In this document: in pieces, positions 63,101 through 64,000 of the stretch
Layout: the number at the start of each line of letters is the position of its first letter
Position numbering within the stretch: position 1 is the first letter of the stretch
NCBI RefSeq assembly: GCF_964204645.1
Contig: NC_134029.1
Coordinates: forward strand, 16,114,950 to 16,178,949
Source of the DNA: Tubulanus polymorphus
Taxonomy: Eukaryota; Animalia; Nemertea
Length of the DNA stretch: 64,000 bases
Reading direction: 5' to 3'
Made by a program: the position numbers and the translations under genes
The notes under the pieces: generated by a model
Told to the model about the DNA's origin: nothing
The model's database searches: none
What the model saw: the letters and a program-made list of their open reading frames with translations, nothing else

Positions 63101-64000
63101 ACGGCGGATTTAAACTTCAGTCTTATGCTTCTAACTCTTCGTTACTGAAGGCCAAAGCAGATTCCCATAATTCATCGGACGAAAAAACTATTGTTTCTAC
63201 GCTTGGACTCCAATGGGATACGGTGAATGATACGCTGTCATTCCAAAACAAACAAGCATTCGCCAATCCTGACTTGATTACCAAACGCGAAATCGTTAAT
63301 ACTGTCTCGAGTCTTTATGACCCGTTAGGATACGTCTCGCCTGTCCATATTAAGTCGAAGATGTTCGTTCAGCAGTTGTGGAAGGAAGGTTATGAGTGGG
63401 ACGAAACCCTACCCGAGCGCGTAGTCGAATCGTGGATCTCGTTGATAACGGAATTGCGTGAAATTAGCGAAATACGCGTTGATCGAGGCTACTCAAAATC
63501 GGAAACGAAATCGGAAGCTAAGTACGAATTGCACACTTTCTGCGATGCGAGCCAATTGGCATACGGCGCTTGCGTTTATCTAAAACGTGGAGATCAGACG
63601 GTACTCGCCATGTTTAAATCGCGTGTGGCACCTGTTAAAAAACATACGATACCGCAGTTAGAATTAATGGCCGCGTTGATTGGTGCTAAATTAACAGATT
63701 ACGTACGAAACAGTCTGATTACTGAAATAGTCATAACAAAGTGCGTGCTCTGGTCAGATAGCCAGATTGTGTTACACTGGATCAACTCCGAGAAAAAGCT
63801 TCCCGTCTTCGTAGCTAATCGCGTGCGTCAAATTAAATCGGTAACAACAATCGGTCGCTATAAATATTGTCCGACGAGTGACAATCCGGCTGATATGTTA
63901 AGCAGAGGAATATCGTGCGAACAAATTACGCGATGCACGCTCTGGTGGAATGGCCCTAGCTGGCTTAGCAACGGTAATTATCCCACCTGCGACACGATCA
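60175..64000 (+). mobile_element. BEL/Pao LTR retrotransposon (LTR 60175-60391, PBS 60395-60412, gag-PR-RT-RH), with frameshifts and stops, runs off the window end
   Basis: TG..CA LTR with AATAAA; LPKLSLPTFDGD, CFNCLSSGH, LFDEGAQRSF, CLETGP, ADIE*AFLQ, FGVVSSPF, YVDN, FCDASQLAYGA, NPADMLSRG. Confidence 0.95.

Overview
This is AT-rich eukaryotic (animal, probably invertebrate) genomic DNA, not prokaryotic: it has GT-AG introns, TTAGGG-like repeats and HINE-type elements, and no CRISPR, rRNA or operons. Most recognisable features are decayed, nested transposable elements. In order: a broken Polinton/Maverick-type protein-primed PolB gene with a truncated paralogous copy (1-5.4 kb); a spliced MULE transposase fused to SWIM, Ulp1 protease and PHD domains (5.7-9.0 kb); a 7.2-kb nest of eight TIR elements whose insertion order can be read from TSDs (17.9-25.1 kb); a pogo/Tigger-type transposase with PHD followed by SGNH-hydrolase and HIRAN-like ORFs (26.9-30.2 kb); a rearranged BEL/Pao element (32.2-35.9 kb); a 6.7-kb Helitron with both ends and a second spliced gene (35.9-42.6 kb); LINE and HINE remnants; a ZNF862-like hAT transposase (55.3-60.2 kb); and a second BEL/Pao running off the end. 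The only clear host coding sequence is a 110-nt exon of mitochondrial asparaginyl-tRNA synthetase (NARS2-like, 46617-46726). The best leads are the pogo + SGNH + HIRAN cassette, the repeatedly targeted GGTAGGCGGTAGG site, and 31-37 bp hairpins flanked by TSD-like repeats. All calls come from reading motifs by eye; no searches were run.
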